A stretch of 64,000 nt of DNA, from positions 496,001 to 560,000 of the forward strand of contig OZ024758.1 in assembly GCA_964016885.1 (NCBI GenBank). Direction: 5' to 3'. The notes beneath the pieces were generated by a model, which searched no databases, had not been told where the DNA came from, and saw only the letters and a program-made list of their open reading frames with translations. Position 1 is the first letter of the stretch. Every line of letters starts with the position of its first letter. Below are positions 1 through 14,012 of the stretch, piece by piece. The DNA comes from Eledone cirrhosa (lineage: Eukaryota). The position numbers were made by a program, and so were the translations under genes.

Positions 1-282
1 ATATATATATATATATATCTCTTTCGGTCTCTTTACATGAAGCTCTTCGCTTTATCTATTTTTCCATCTCTCTATTTTGTCCCATGCATTTCTTCTTTTT
101 CTTCTTTTTTTTCTTCTTTTTCTTCCTTTTCTTCGTTTCGTCTTTCTTTCTTTCTTATTTCCCTCTTTTCTCTCTCTCTTTCTTTCTCTCTGTATTTTCA
201 CTGCTAGAGTGAACCTCTTCAAATGAAGTTGATGTTTATTACGGTATGTCGAATATATTTATCTATAAAACTGTTTATATTG

Positions 283-348
283 TATTTTGTCTGATGAAGG
301 CATAGCATATTGTTAATATGATATCCCCGAAATATATATAATGAAATA
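283..348 (+). ncRNA. Minimal type-I hammerhead ribozyme (island family A)
   Basis: Stem I TATTTTGT/ATGAAATA; core CTGATGA 291-297; stem II 298-328 (11 of 14 bp paired); GAAA 329-332; stem III T-ATAT-A (palindromic loop); cleavage triplet ATA ending at 340. Confidence 0.8.
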
Positions 349-447
349 AATATGGTTTTATAAATATAGTTTTCCATTTATGTAATATTGTAGTGTATAT
401 ATATATATGTATTTATATATATATATATGTATTTATATATTTATATG

Positions 448-502
<55 letters not shown>

Positions 503-1279
503 ATTTATATATATGTATGCAGTTGATGGCTGAGATTATTGAAAAATAAACCTAATTTTGGTAATTCAACGAGATTATCTTGGTCAGCCTATGAATATTT
601 CAGCCGGCCCTCGTACAAGAATCTGGAGGTAAATGTGTAGAACGTATAGGTATATGTATCACATATATAAACAATGGAAAGGAAAACATAAATACAGTTA
701 CATAAGACGAACACACAACTACATCTCTCCTTCGTCAGACACTTGCGTTATATACGTACATAAATCGTTATTGCCCCAATCGGTCCTGAAACACTAAACA
801 CCCTAAAACCAACACTTACCTGCACTCATACCACCTGCCAAACCAACCCTCAATCACCCTCCAAATTCGGCAAACAAAACGCGAACCATCCACCTTCTTA
901 CACCCGGCATACGTAACCAGACCACAACAGTCATCAAATGGGAAGACAGAAGTTATCAAGCTGCAGCTGTCATATTACTTAGTTTCTATATAATAAAACC
1001 AATAAAGCTATTGATATCTGCAGCGACTAAGACCCCATTACGTCATATGCTGTGCTTCACCTTCTCCCTTTCTCTCTCGACTCTCCATCCAGATGACGTG
1101 GAGTCACGTTACGTGAGGTCATATAATTCACAACTTAGTTTTATAAAAATTTGGTGAAGAAAACAAATAATTTAGTTCCTCAGTAACACAGCGGGTATAT
1201 ACTTTTAATGATAATAAACAAAATTAGGAAGTGCAAAACACTATCATTAACGATAAAGATAATATATAGGCAACAAGGA

Positions 1280-1460
1280 TGTCTCTAGAGTTGCTGTACC
1301 TGCTAGATATAACAGCCAACTCACCTCAATCCGACCCCATCACCTAAAAATAGAAAAGGTACATTAGATAATGTAGACCTATATTTGAAAAAGAAAAAAA
1401 GCAGCATTGAAACCCCTATCAGTATCTATCCGTTTGATCAAGACCGAACTAACCTTCAAC
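1280..1460 (+). repeat. Old dispersed repeat (CTGCTAGAAAT..CAGCCAAATC family)
   Basis: Related segments at ~1630-1790 (-), 3560-3770 (+), 25250-25420 (-), 40570-40725 (-), 41000-41190 (-), 55310-55480 (-) and 58775-58870 (+). Confidence 0.55.
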
Positions 1461-1931
1461 AACAACAACAACAACAACAGCAGCAGCAGCAGCTACATTA
1501 GAAAGAATTATAATCACTCAGGAAAACCAAGAAATGAAACAACACTATAGACAGTGCAACAACAAACAAAAGATTTCTCATATTGGTTCACTGACAAATT
1601 TACGGGAGAGAAGCTTAGTATGCATGTCGTTGTTATTTAGCCCCGGGTCAATTCTGATTGACAAGGCTCTATGATCTACGTCATTCAACATGTATGTAAG
1701 GACTACATTATCTATTATCACCTCTCCTATTGATGATGGAAGAGGTCATTTGAAGCAGATTTGCTCGTTATTTCTATCACATAGAGCAACCATATATATG
1801 AAATTAAATATTATTTTACTATTATATTACAGTATAGTGTGTTAAGTATTTCATAGTATTTTATTGTGTATTAGTTATCTTTTAGCTTGTCATAATATGT
1901 CAACTGTTTGGTAGGATGTTATTATGCAATC

Positions 1932-2470
1932 TGTGAAGGCGCGTGACCTCGTAGTTATAGTGTTGGGCTTACACTCTAACCGGGTGGGGTGTTGTGTCTC
2001 TGGTTTTACGATCAAACCGGGCGAAGTGCTGTATCCCTGGTTTTACGATCAAACCAGGTGAGGTGTTGTGTCCTTGGGCTTACGATCAAACCGGGTGAGG
2101 TGTTGTGTCCTTGGGCTTACGATCAAACCGGGTGAAGTGTTGTGTCCCTGGTTTTACGATCTAACCATGTGAGATGTTGTGTCCTTGGGCTTACTATCTA
2201 ACCGGGTGAGGTGTTGTGTCCCTAGTTTTACGATCTAACCGGGTGAGATGTTGTGTCCTTGGGCTTACGATCCAACCGAGTGATGTGTTGTGTCCCTGAA
2301 CAAAAAATATCATTTCAAACAGTTCTAATTCACTCAGCTGAAAATGAGTACCAGCCGTAGCCTGAAGTTAGCCCAAATGGACTGGTGCACCGTCCAGGTT
2401 TAGTCTTCTACTCTCAGTTGCTAAATGCTCAAGAAATCGAGATAATTTCAGGGCTTCGTCTGACTCGTGC
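1932..2470 (+). mobile_element. tRNA-derived SINE (family 2 head) with an internal 37-bp tandem expansion
   Basis: Head GTGAAGGCGCGTG...; ~9 copies of TTACGATCAAACCGGGTGAGGTGTTGTGTCCTTGGGC (1968-2298); then CACTCAGCTGAAAATGAGTACC. Confidence 0.7.
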
Positions 2471-4360
2471 ATATATGTAAAACGCTAACTGTAACTCCCT
2501 TTATATGTGAACTATTCTATTCTATGTTATTACATATGAACTATTTTACGGTATACTGTATGTATTGTATAAATCCTGATAGAATCGTAGGGGCGCCGTA
2601 TTGACACACGGCATTTCTTGGGCATTTTAAGCCTGGCGGAGCCCATCTCTCTCCAGGCCTGTTATATCATATACAGTATTATTATGTTAAATATTTTATT
2701 TATTTTATGAGTTAACTATTTTATAGTTTGTGGTACGATTTCAAGCAGCCAATTATTTCTGAAAATACACCCCGTCATCATGAAAATGGAATGGTATGTA
2801 AGATAAATAGACTGAGTGCTCGACCAGAACTGAGCTAGGTTTAATCAACGACTACAACAGCAGTAATACTGACAGAAATAACGTCACCAAAGGGAACAGT
2901 GGGAGCACTATAATTTCACTACTGTTTCATTAGTTTGTTGGGCTTTTATATCTACGTGAAATGGATCATTAGTGAGTGAAATTGTTTACTCTCAGTTTAA
3001 ATCACAAGATTCCCTGTGAAAATGTAAACAAATGTAAATACATTCTTATATTTTTCGGACAGAGAAAAATACTGAGGTGTATCTATAGAATTTTCATCAG
3101 AATCGCCAGTGTTAATATATGAAGAACCGATAAGGTAACATAAAGCTGTAGCTATCAAATATATAAAGGTATCCCCAATATTTTACTGTATACATATATA
3201 TATATATAATAACCGAAAAGGTAACATAAAGCTGTAGCTATTAAATATATAAAGGTATCCCCAATATTTTACTGTATACCAAAGGAACAATAATTTATTT
3301 ACATTTGTTTATGCTTAAACAAAGATGCTTATAATTTAAACTATATGTGTTACTGCATTAAATTCATCTCAGATGTTATTTTTTATCTTAGATAAATCTT
3401 CTCACTCAGCAGAAATGATAACTACAATATCTACCGACCCCACTCTCACTATTACTGCCTCCCCCACTTTAATACCACAAACATCTTTGCAGATACTTCC
3501 ATAAATTTAATCATACCCGTCAGCATCACAACCATCATCTCTTATCCGAGTCAATGAGGGGACCTATACATGGTCATTCGTCCTGCTAGAAATGGCACCT
3601 GAATATTCTCATCTCATCACGCGTTATTCTCTTTTTAAAAAGTTAAATACATTAAGATATACTATGTCCCAATGAGAGAAAAAAAAAGAAAAAGAAAAAT
3701 GACGGGTTAATCACGACTGGAATGCATTTTATAATAGGTATGTTCGGTCAGGACTTACCTAGGGCTAAATAACAATATATGGTACTATCACTAAAAGGAT
3801 CCTGATCATGATGATGATGATCAACATCATTCGCCAGAACTACTATTACGAACACTACTACCACCTTACTATACACTAGTACCAGTCATATGTTCACGTC
3901 CATTGCCACCACTGCACTGGCAATCATTACTGCCATAAAACCATATTACACTCTATTAAACATCACATCCAGCACTGAAGTATTCTGCTACCGAAACTAA
4001 TATAGCTATCACCGCTATAGGAACACCAAACACCATCCTCCCCACCACCCACTGCTATAACTCCACTGATCCCTTTTATACACAGACCTCCATCAAAACA
4101 TCCGTGACAAAATGCCCCAGCATTACAATCACCAAATTATCGCCCTTATCACCAGCACCACCCCCATTATCACCAGTTCTATAATTCTAATACTATCACT
4201 ACCAACACCAACACCAGTAGTATTAATACTACTATCACCAACAACAACACCAACAACATTACCATCAACAGAAGCATCATTAAAATTATTAAAAGCACAC
4301 ACTAACATCATCAACATCCTCAATTCCACCATAATAACACTACAACAAGCACCACTACCA

Positions 4361-4900
4361 CTAGCACCACCGCCACTACTAACATCAGTACTACCACCCG
4401 TACCACTAGCACCACCGCCACTACTAACTTCAGCACTACCACCACTATCACTAGCACCACCGCCACTACTAACATCAGTACTACCACCCGTACCACTAGC
4501 ACCACCGCCACTACTAACATCAGTACTACCACCCGTACCACTAGCACCACCGCCACTACTAACTTCAGCACTACCACCACTATCACTAGCACCACCGCCA
4601 CTACTAACTTCAGCACTACCACCACTATCACTAGCACCACCGCCACTACTAACATCAGTACTACCACCCGTACCACTAGCACCACCGCCACTACTAACAT
4701 CAGTACTACCACCCGTACCACTAGCACCACCGCCACTACTAACTTCAGCACTACCACCACTATCACTAGCACCACCGCCACTACTAACTTCAGCACTACC
4801 ACCACTATCACTAGCACCACCGCCACTACTAACTTCAGCACTACCACCAGTACCACTAACACCAGCGCCACTACTAACTTCAGCAGCACCACCACTACCA
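4361..4900. repeat. 45-bp minisatellite, 12 units, two variants
   Basis: Unit CTAGCACCACCGCCACTACTAAC(A/T)TCAG...; it lies inside a wider (CAC/CTA)n low-complexity tract (~3840-5370). Confidence 0.9.
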
Positions 4901-5969
4901 CTAACAACACCACCACCACTACCACCACCACTACAACTAACAACACCACCACCACCACCAATATCACCACTACCACTAACAACACCACCACTACCACCAC
5001 CACCACTACAACTAACAACACCACCACCACCACCAATATCACCACTACCACTAACAACACCACCACCACCACCACCACCACTACAACTAACAACACCACC
5101 ACCACCACCAATATCACCACTACCACTAACAACACCACCACTACCACCACCACTAACCACACTAACATCACTATCAGTACCACTAACTAAGACCAGCACT
5201 GCGAAGAATGCCGCTAACACTACCACCGCCACTATCACCAGTTACCACAACAGCGCCAACATCAGTTTTAACAATAATACCACCGGCTGCACTACTAATA
5301 TCACCAACATCAGCAGCACCAAAATCACCATCACAACAACAATAAATCTGACAACAACAACAACAACAGCTAGAAAAGCAGCAGCGGCGTCAATCGAAGA
5401 ACGAAGGTGGGGCTATACGGGTGGTGTACATGTAGGTCTTGCAAGGAGATGTGGTCGAAGTGGCAGCTGTAAGTTTTTTGGCCTTCTTTTATTCCTTCTT
5501 GCTTTTTTTCTTCTTTCGATGATTATTATATTTTTATTTTTATTAATATTGTTATTATTATTTTTATTATACTACTAATATTATTATTTTTATTATATAC
5601 AACAGATACACACACAAACACACATACACAGACACATACATACACGCAGACAGACAGACACACACACATACACTGATGCTGTATTGCAGTGTTTTTAGTT
5701 TGTCTGTGTGTCTGTTGAATTGACAGGCTAGTCTTTAAAACTTTGCATGTCTGACAGTGTGAGTGAAAGCGTGTATACACCCATATATATATATACGTAT
5801 ATATACACACATGCATACATACATACATACATACATACACACATACATACGTACATACATACACACATATATATATATATATATAAACAATCGTAAACAA
5901 AGAACTAACTCTCTACTTACACCTGACTTCTGTTTTTATTTTTCAAACACACATCATATATATATACAA

Positions 5970-6035
<66 letters not shown>

Positions 6036-6704
6036 GTTATAATAAATAAATTTGTTGAATTACCAGCAAATTAAATATATCTTTGCTTATATATATAGAG
6101 AGAGACATGTATGTATGCATATATATATATATATGTGTATTCATATACAAATGTGTTTATGTGCATGTATATATGCATATCTCTATATGTGTTTTAGTGC
6201 ACTTGTGTATATATGCGTGTGTGGGTGTATTTCAGTGACTGTTTCTGTCATGTTTGTATACATGAAAAGTTTATATGTCCAGGTGTGTTCAGTTATGTGT
6301 GGTATATATATTCATAGGTAGCATCATGTATGTATGTATGTATGTATGTATGTATGTATGTATGTATGTATGTATGTATGTATGTATGTATGTATGTATG
6401 TATGCATGTATGCATGTATGTATGTATGTATGTATGTATGTATGTATGTATGTATGTACGTATGTATATATCTGTATATATATATATATTTCTATATATA
6501 TGTACAATATATATAAGGTAAAGCCCAACATGGTCACAGGTGACTGACTGAAACGCGTAATACATATGTATACATATAAACATATGTATGTATGAATGTA
6601 TGTATGTATATAATTATCTCTCTCTCTCTCCGTCTCTTTATATATATATATATATATATAAATGTATGTATGTAAATATATAAATGTATGTATGTAAATA
6701 TATG

Positions 6705-6761
<57 letters not shown>

Positions 6762-7365
6762 AAATAGTAGACAGGAAAAAGATTTTTTCAGTAGAAAATG
6801 CTGAAGAGATTCTTTCAGTATAATATCAAAACATTTATTTATAAAATGGATATTTCATATAAATAAACATATTTGTGTTTATATACCAATTAAATCAAAG
6901 GTTTATCAATTTAAAGAATTTATTTTGCTTTTCAAACAGTTTCTGTTATATGGTATATAAACGTCGAAATACATACATTTGCAAGCCTACAGACACACAC
7001 AAAAGTATATATTACATACCATTACATATCAATACATATATATAAATATGTTGGGACATAAATATAAAATGTAACTTTATCATACATTGTCGAAACTCTA
7101 ATATATTGAATATTGAGGAGGTCTTGTGATCTTCATCCGTAATATCAGTAATTGATGTGAGCTGAGCAACGTAACGTTAAAGATAAAATATATATATATA
7201 ATTTACATATATATACATACATATAAATAATATATATATAATATAGATATATAGGTATATGCATATATATGTATATATATATAAATGTATATATATATAT
7301 ATATATATACATCTTTTTTACTGGTAATAAGGTAGTAATGAATTACCTGTTTATAATTATATATA

Positions 7366-7434
<69 letters not shown>

Positions 7435-8094
7435 AGGCATGTTGCGACCGATAGATAGTATTACCAATTGGAAAGACCAACGGAAACATTGTTTCCTCGG
7501 TCCGATTTGACGAAAGTCGATCGTTCCTTTAATATATATATATATATATGTATGTATATATATATATATATATAGTAATAATAATAATAAATATTTGAAA
7601 TTCATACTCTAATGCAGACAGAAATAAGATATGTATATATATATATATACATATTTTATTATATATATATACACATATTTTATTTCTGTCTGCACTAGAG
7701 TATGAATTTCAAATATTTCAATTGTCAATTTATACACGCACATATATCGTAACAAATTTTATAGAGAAAAATCATATTTACAAACTGAAAATAAAACCGG
7801 GCAACATATCTTTTAAATATCTTTTAAATCAAAATATACTGTCTTGAAAAAAGCTGAACACTTTGCATAATATATTTTTAGATATATGAGTGTCAGCCGA
7901 AAACTTCATAGGCTGACCAAGATACTCTCATGGAACGATCAAATAAGGTTCATTTTTCAACATAGTCACTGGAAAGAAACACTGCATTTATTCATAAGAA
8001 GGAATAACAGTGTGATTGAAGTAATGTGAGTTCTGAAATGCCCGACAGGAGGACGAGAAGGTCATGGCTGAAACATGTTTGTATATAACAAGTG

Positions 8095-8334
8095 AAAGAG
8101 CGTGGTTCGGATTTCAGTTCCACTATGTGGTACCTTGGGCAAATTTCTGATACTATAGCCTGTTGTTGAGCCATGACAGTGTGTGGAACTTGGTAGAGAG
8201 AAACTACAGAGGACTGTCGTATATTTGTATGTATGTGTATGTTAGTATGTGTATGTTAGTATGTGTCTGTGTTTGAGTATGTGCCTCTGCTGTGATTATG
8301 TCCCGTAATTTAACGGTTCGGCAAAGAGAGATCG

Positions 8335-8340
<6 letters not shown>
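8095..8340 (+). mobile_element. SINE family 3, diverged
   Basis: ttcagttccact..gtggtaccttgggcaa...tggtagagagaaact..gtcgtatat, followed by internal (TG)n. A weaker copy lies at ~45655-45800. Confidence 0.55.
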
Positions 8341-8405
<65 letters not shown>

Positions 8406-8501
8406 TATAAGAAAAGAGCCACCCACTCTACTACCCAAAGTATCGAGTACTCAGGTGCGTTATGGTCCACCTCGTTCCTTACCACACTTCCTTCGTTATA
8501 T

Positions 8502-8534
<33 letters not shown>

Positions 8535-8559
8535 CATATATGTTATATATAAATACAGG

Positions 8560-8633
<74 letters not shown>

Positions 8634-8692
8634 TATATACATATATATATATACATATATATATACATATATATATATACATATATATATAC

Positions 8693-8725
<33 letters not shown>

Positions 8726-9204
8726 CATATATATATATACATATATACATATATATATATGTATATATATGTATGTGTATATATATGTGTGTGTGTGTCA
8801 GTGTCTGTGTCTGTGTTTACGGTTATGTCAGTGTCTCTGTATCTGTCGCGTAAAATGGCGAAACAAATAACAAACTTGACCAAGTTAAAACAAGGTAAAA
8901 AGAAAGAAAAAAGTAATATGATCGACTAAATCAAAGTGATGCTCCAGCATGGCAAGTATCCGAAAATCTTAGAAGTGAAATTACATAACATCATAAAAGA
9001 ATAACTCAATTCGGTCAGCACGAACTTGGGACGCGATAAACAAATACAATTTAAGAACATCAACAATAATATTCATTGTTTTGTCTGGTGACGTCTTATT
9101 CTGGTAACGGTTAGTGTCCTACATGTTTCATTAATTTACATTTACGGTGTTGTTTTCCTTGTATACTCGTGCGACTTTCCAGTGTTTGTGGAGGTATGCA
9201 GCAT

Positions 9205-9250
<46 letters not shown>

Positions 9251-9500
9251 GTATATATATATATATATACATATATATGTGTGTGTGTGTGTGTGTGTCT
9301 GTGTGTATGTGTTTGTGGGGGTATGCAGCATGTAAATATATATATATGTATGTACTTAACACTGAAAGAGAAAAGCAAATGAAAAAAACAAAAAAATCTA
9401 TGAGTCTGTGGTTGTATGTGTTTGTCCAGTTGCGTGTCCAAGTAAGTATACGTATACGTTTGTGTATATGTATGTAAATATATAAGTCAAAAAGTATTTA

Positions 9501-9540
<40 letters not shown>

Positions 9541-9617
9541 TAAATACTTTTTTACTTATATATATATATGCATAAATATATGCATATATATATATACATA
9601 TATATACATATATGTAC

Positions 9618-9694
<77 letters not shown>

Positions 9695-9812
9695 AATATA
9701 TATATATCATATATTATTTTAAATTAGTATTTTTCAACCTAGCTAACTTGGTCATTTGTAATTGGAACACATGTATACTTGTATCGGTATTCATCCCTCT
9801 CATATATTCATT

Positions 9813-9889
<77 letters not shown>

Positions 9890-10325
9890 GTATATATTTA
9901 TACATATATATGTATACATACATATATATATACATATATATATATGTGTATATATATATATATGTATATATATACGTATATATGTATATATGTATATCTC
10001 TCTCTCTCTCTATATATATATATACATATATATATATATACATATATATGTATACATACATATATATATACATATATATATATACATGTATATATACACA
10101 CCACACACATATATATATATATATATGGTTGACAGCTGAGAAAAAGAACTCAACACTCATTATGATAAGGCTAGTGATTCTTGTTACTCTGTATTTTCGC
10201 CTGCTTTTGTGTATGACAGTGTTTGTACGAGTGTGCATGTTTGTGTTTATATGTATATATATATACATATGTGTGTGTGAGTGTGTGTGCGTGTGTGTAT
10301 ACATGTGTATATATGTAAATATATA

Positions 10326-10407
10326 CAGGGTACCCCCCAAACATGTATACGGAATTTGATTACCTGTAGAGGTAATGAAGTGTGTATACATTTTTTCAGA
10401 CACCTTG
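10326..10407. mobile_element. Tiny Tc1/mariner-type MITE
   Basis: TA|CAGGGTACCCCCCAAACATGTATAC ... GTATACATTTTTTCAGACACCTTG; imperfect TIRs. Confidence 0.55.
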
Positions 10408-10623
10408 AATTTATACATATATACATACATAAAGAGACATATGGAGAGGGGAGGGAGACAGATATAAACAGAGATGGAGAGAAGAGAGTTCAGAGAGAAT
10501 GTGAGTTCAGCATTTCTTTTTTGATTGTTTTAGTGTTTGACTTTATTTCTAGGAATGTATATTGATCTATCGACCTATATAAAACCGCTACTCCCACCAA
10601 ACACAAACACACACACTAACACA

Positions 10624-10663
<40 letters not shown>

Positions 10664-10899
10664 TACATATACATACACACATATATATGTATATAAATGT
10701 ATATATATACATATATATGTATACAAATGTATATACGTATATATATTTATGAATATATACGTATTTATATATATATACACATATATACATAGGCATATGT
10801 ATATGTATATAAATGTATATATATAAATGTATATATATATATGTATATAAATGTATATATATGTATATAAATGTATATATATCACACACACACACAAAC

Positions 10900-10959
<60 letters not shown>

Positions 10960-10960
10960 C

Positions 10961-11055
<95 letters not shown>

Positions 11056-11060
11056 ATATA

Positions 11061-11110
<50 letters not shown>

Positions 11111-11336
11111 CACATACATATATATATAGACATATACATATTTGTATATATATATTTATATACAATGATATTAAATAAATGGAAACTTTTGCTTATATAT
11201 TTATATATATATAGAGAGAGAAAGAGAGTTAGATATATAGATATATATGTGTGTGTATGTATCTGTATGTGTGTGTGTAAGGTAGGGTTACTAAGTAGAG
11301 TAACATATATAAAATATGATAATCACTATTATATAT

Positions 11337-11498
11337 AATTGTTTCTACTTTTGGCACAAGACCAGCAATTATTGCAGTACATTACTGGTACTTTATTTTA
11401 TCGACCCCGTAAGAATGAAAGGCAAAGTTAACCTCGGCGGGATTTGAACTCAGTTCGTAAAGGGGCGTAACTATGCTGGAAAGCATGGCGTCGAACCC
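11337..11498 (-). mobile_element. SINE family 1
   Basis: Same core on the minus strand. Confidence 0.8.
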
Positions 11499-11662
11499 CA
11501 CACATGTTCTGTTATGTTAAAGAAGAATTCATAGGAGTCTGAGATTATAGGAAATGAAATTACCTAAACATGTTACAATATTAACATATAACAGAATGTG
11601 AGAAATGTAATTATACAGATGTGAATGAAGAAGTATAGGTATGTATATATTTGTGAACTTGG

Positions 11663-11760
<98 letters not shown>

Positions 11761-11762
11761 TT

Positions 11763-11815
<53 letters not shown>

Positions 11816-12774
11816 CATATATATATACATATATATATTTGTATAAATACATATATTATATACATATATATATTATATACACATATATATATATGTATAT
11901 ATACATATATATATTATATACATATATATATATACATATATATATTATATACATATATATATATATGTATATATATATATATTATATACATATCTCTATA
12001 TATATATTATACACACACACACACATATATATATGTCTGTATATATATGTGTGAGTGTGTGTGTTTATATACTTACATATATGAATGTATTATAATACGT
12101 GTGATGTATTTTTATATTTGTGTATACATATACATACAACATGTGATTAACTGTATATTTGTAATATGAGTGTATAATACATATATGAATGAAGAATTAT
12201 AGGTATGTATATATTTGTAAATTTGCGTATACATAGGATATATGATTGACTGTATAACAATTGTCAGGTAGGAGTATAATACATATATGATGCAAGTTAT
12301 TCGTATAAGGTTCGATAATACTATAGTTCGTACAATATATTTCCTTCTGGCCAAGCTGGAGTGCTGCCTGTTGTTTTGTTTACATCTGCATATACAGACA
12401 CGTACACGTACATACAAACATAGCGCACACACACAGACTCACGTACACACAAGCACATGCACACATACATACCCAAACACACACACATGTATGTGTGTGT
12501 GTATATATTTATATATAAATACGTATACGTACGTGTATGTAGTAGTTGTGTATGAATATATGCATAAATAAATAAGCCTAATAATACTCACACGCTTATA
12601 TGTGTATATTTACATATATATACACACAAACATCCATGTATCTATATATTTATACATATACACCCATATATATATATATATATATGTATATATATGAGTG
12701 CATTAGTGTATACATATATATATATATATATAAGTACATATGTATAAATATATATACGTATATATGTATATGTA

Positions 12775-12816
<42 letters not shown>

Positions 12817-12905
12817 AATATATATATATATACATATTTATATATGCATGTAAGTGTGTGTGTATGAATAAATATGCTTTTATAGCAGTATTTTTGTCTG
12901 TATAA

Positions 12906-13087
12906 TAATTGTTTCTACTTTTGGCACAAGGCCAGCAAATACCCAGTGCATTACTGGTACTTTATTTCATCGACCCCGTAAGGATGAAAGGCAAAGTTAA
13001 CCTCGGCGAGATTTGAACCCAGAATGGCAAGGGCCGTAACTGTATACGTCAAATCATGGCGTCCGACCCTTTACCGATACTGCCAAA
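12906..13087 (-). mobile_element. SINE family 1
   Basis: Reverse-complement copy, head-to-head with 13137-13326. Confidence 0.85.
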
Positions 13088-13136
13088 TGTGCGTGTGTAT
13101 GTTTTCTCTCTTACAATCATTATATATTATATATCA

Positions 13137-13326
13137 GGGCGGTGGATTGGCAGTATCAGTAGAGAGTCGGACGCCATGCCTTCCAGCATAGTTACGTCCC
13201 TTTACGGTCTGAGTTCAAATCCCGCCGAGGTTAACTTTGCCTTTCATCCTTACGGGGTCGATAAAATAAAGTACCAGTAATGTACTGAGTAATTGCTGGC
13301 CTTGTGCCAAAAGTAGAAACAATTAT
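13137..13326 (+). mobile_element. SINE family 1, full length (~190 bp)
   Basis: GGCGGTGGATTGGCAG head, B-box-like GAGTTCAAATCC, core TTTGCCTTTCATCCTTACGGGGTCGATAAAATAAAGTACCAG, tail AGAAACAATTAT. At least 12 copies occur in the window. Confidence 0.85.
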
Positions 13327-13366
13327 ATATTATATATCTGTATAAATACAAATATAACTTACTATA

Positions 13367-13403
<37 letters not shown>

Positions 13404-13498
13404 GTAGAACACTGGAATGTAATATCCGTAGTGGTAGAGCACTCAGCCCATGGGACGAGTTGGGTAGAACTGGTTACACAACAGTTAGTTCACCATAC

Positions 13499-13536
13499 CG
13501 AGATCAATTGTTTCACCTTAGCGGATCCTCAGCTCG
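13499..13536 (-). ncRNA. Minimal hammerhead motif in the left arm of a fold-back element (cleavage triplet mutated)
   Basis: Minus strand reads CGAG-CTGAGGA-TCCGCTAAGGT-GAAA-C-AATT-G-AT-CTCG. Confidence 0.55.
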
Positions 13537-13567
13537 TAATGGACGTTCCGTATAACTATGTCCATTA

Positions 13568-13604
13568 CGAGCTGAGGATCTGTAAGGTGAAACAATTGTT
13601 CTCG
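13568..13604 (+). ncRNA. Minimal hammerhead motif in the right arm of a fold-back element
   Basis: CGAG-CTGAGGA-TCTGTAAGGT-GAAA-C-AATT-G-TT-CTCG; palindromic AATT loop; stem II is weak. Confidence 0.6.
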
Positions 13605-13653
13605 GTATGGTGAACTAACTGTTGTGTAACCACTTCTATAATATATATATATA

Positions 13654-13750
<97 letters not shown>

Positions 13751-13821
13751 TTATATTTGTATGCATGTTTGTATATTTCATATTTGAATAGAGTTCTCCC
13801 ACCTCAATTAATGTCATCGTA

Positions 13822-13903
<82 letters not shown>

Positions 13904-13950
13904 ATTCAATGATATTAAATAAATGGAGACTATATTTATAAAACCATATT

Positions 13951-14012
13951 TATTCTATTATATATATTTCAAGGGTACCAAAGACTTTGGTACGCTTTCA
14001 TCAGATAAAATA
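13951..14012 (-). ncRNA. Minimal type-I hammerhead ribozyme (island family A, second copy)
   Basis: Minus strand reads TATTTTAT-CTGATGA-AAGCGTACCAAA-GTC-TTTGGTACCCTT-GAAA-T-ATAT-A-TA-ATAGAATA. It has the same 3' tail (AATAAATATGGTTTTATAAATATAGT..CCATTTA) as the copy at 283-348 but a different, still paired, stem II. Confidence 0.85.

Larger units (their letters stand above)
9470..12000. repeat. Representative (TA)n/(TATG)n/(CA)n microsatellite field; similar fields occur throughout the window
   Basis: Directly visible; the source of the YI/IY/CV/HT ORFs. Confidence 0.95.

Noticed and set aside
620-740. CTGACGA core on the minus strand; similar partial motifs at ~3050-3100, 9115-9130, 18450-18570, 20550-20600 and 21110-21175
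   Set aside because: Each lacks the GAAA box, a convincing stem or the core, so none is counted as a hammerhead.
1968-2298. CRISPR-like appearance of the 37-bp repeats (also 21511-21745 and 27375-27817)
   Set aside because: Tandem units without unique spacers, no cas genes, and a eukaryotic context.
4112-5578. 488-aa Pro-rich ORF and overlapping antisense ORFs
   Set aside because: Built from a 45-bp minisatellite and triplet repeats, open on several frames, with no domain or clear splice context.
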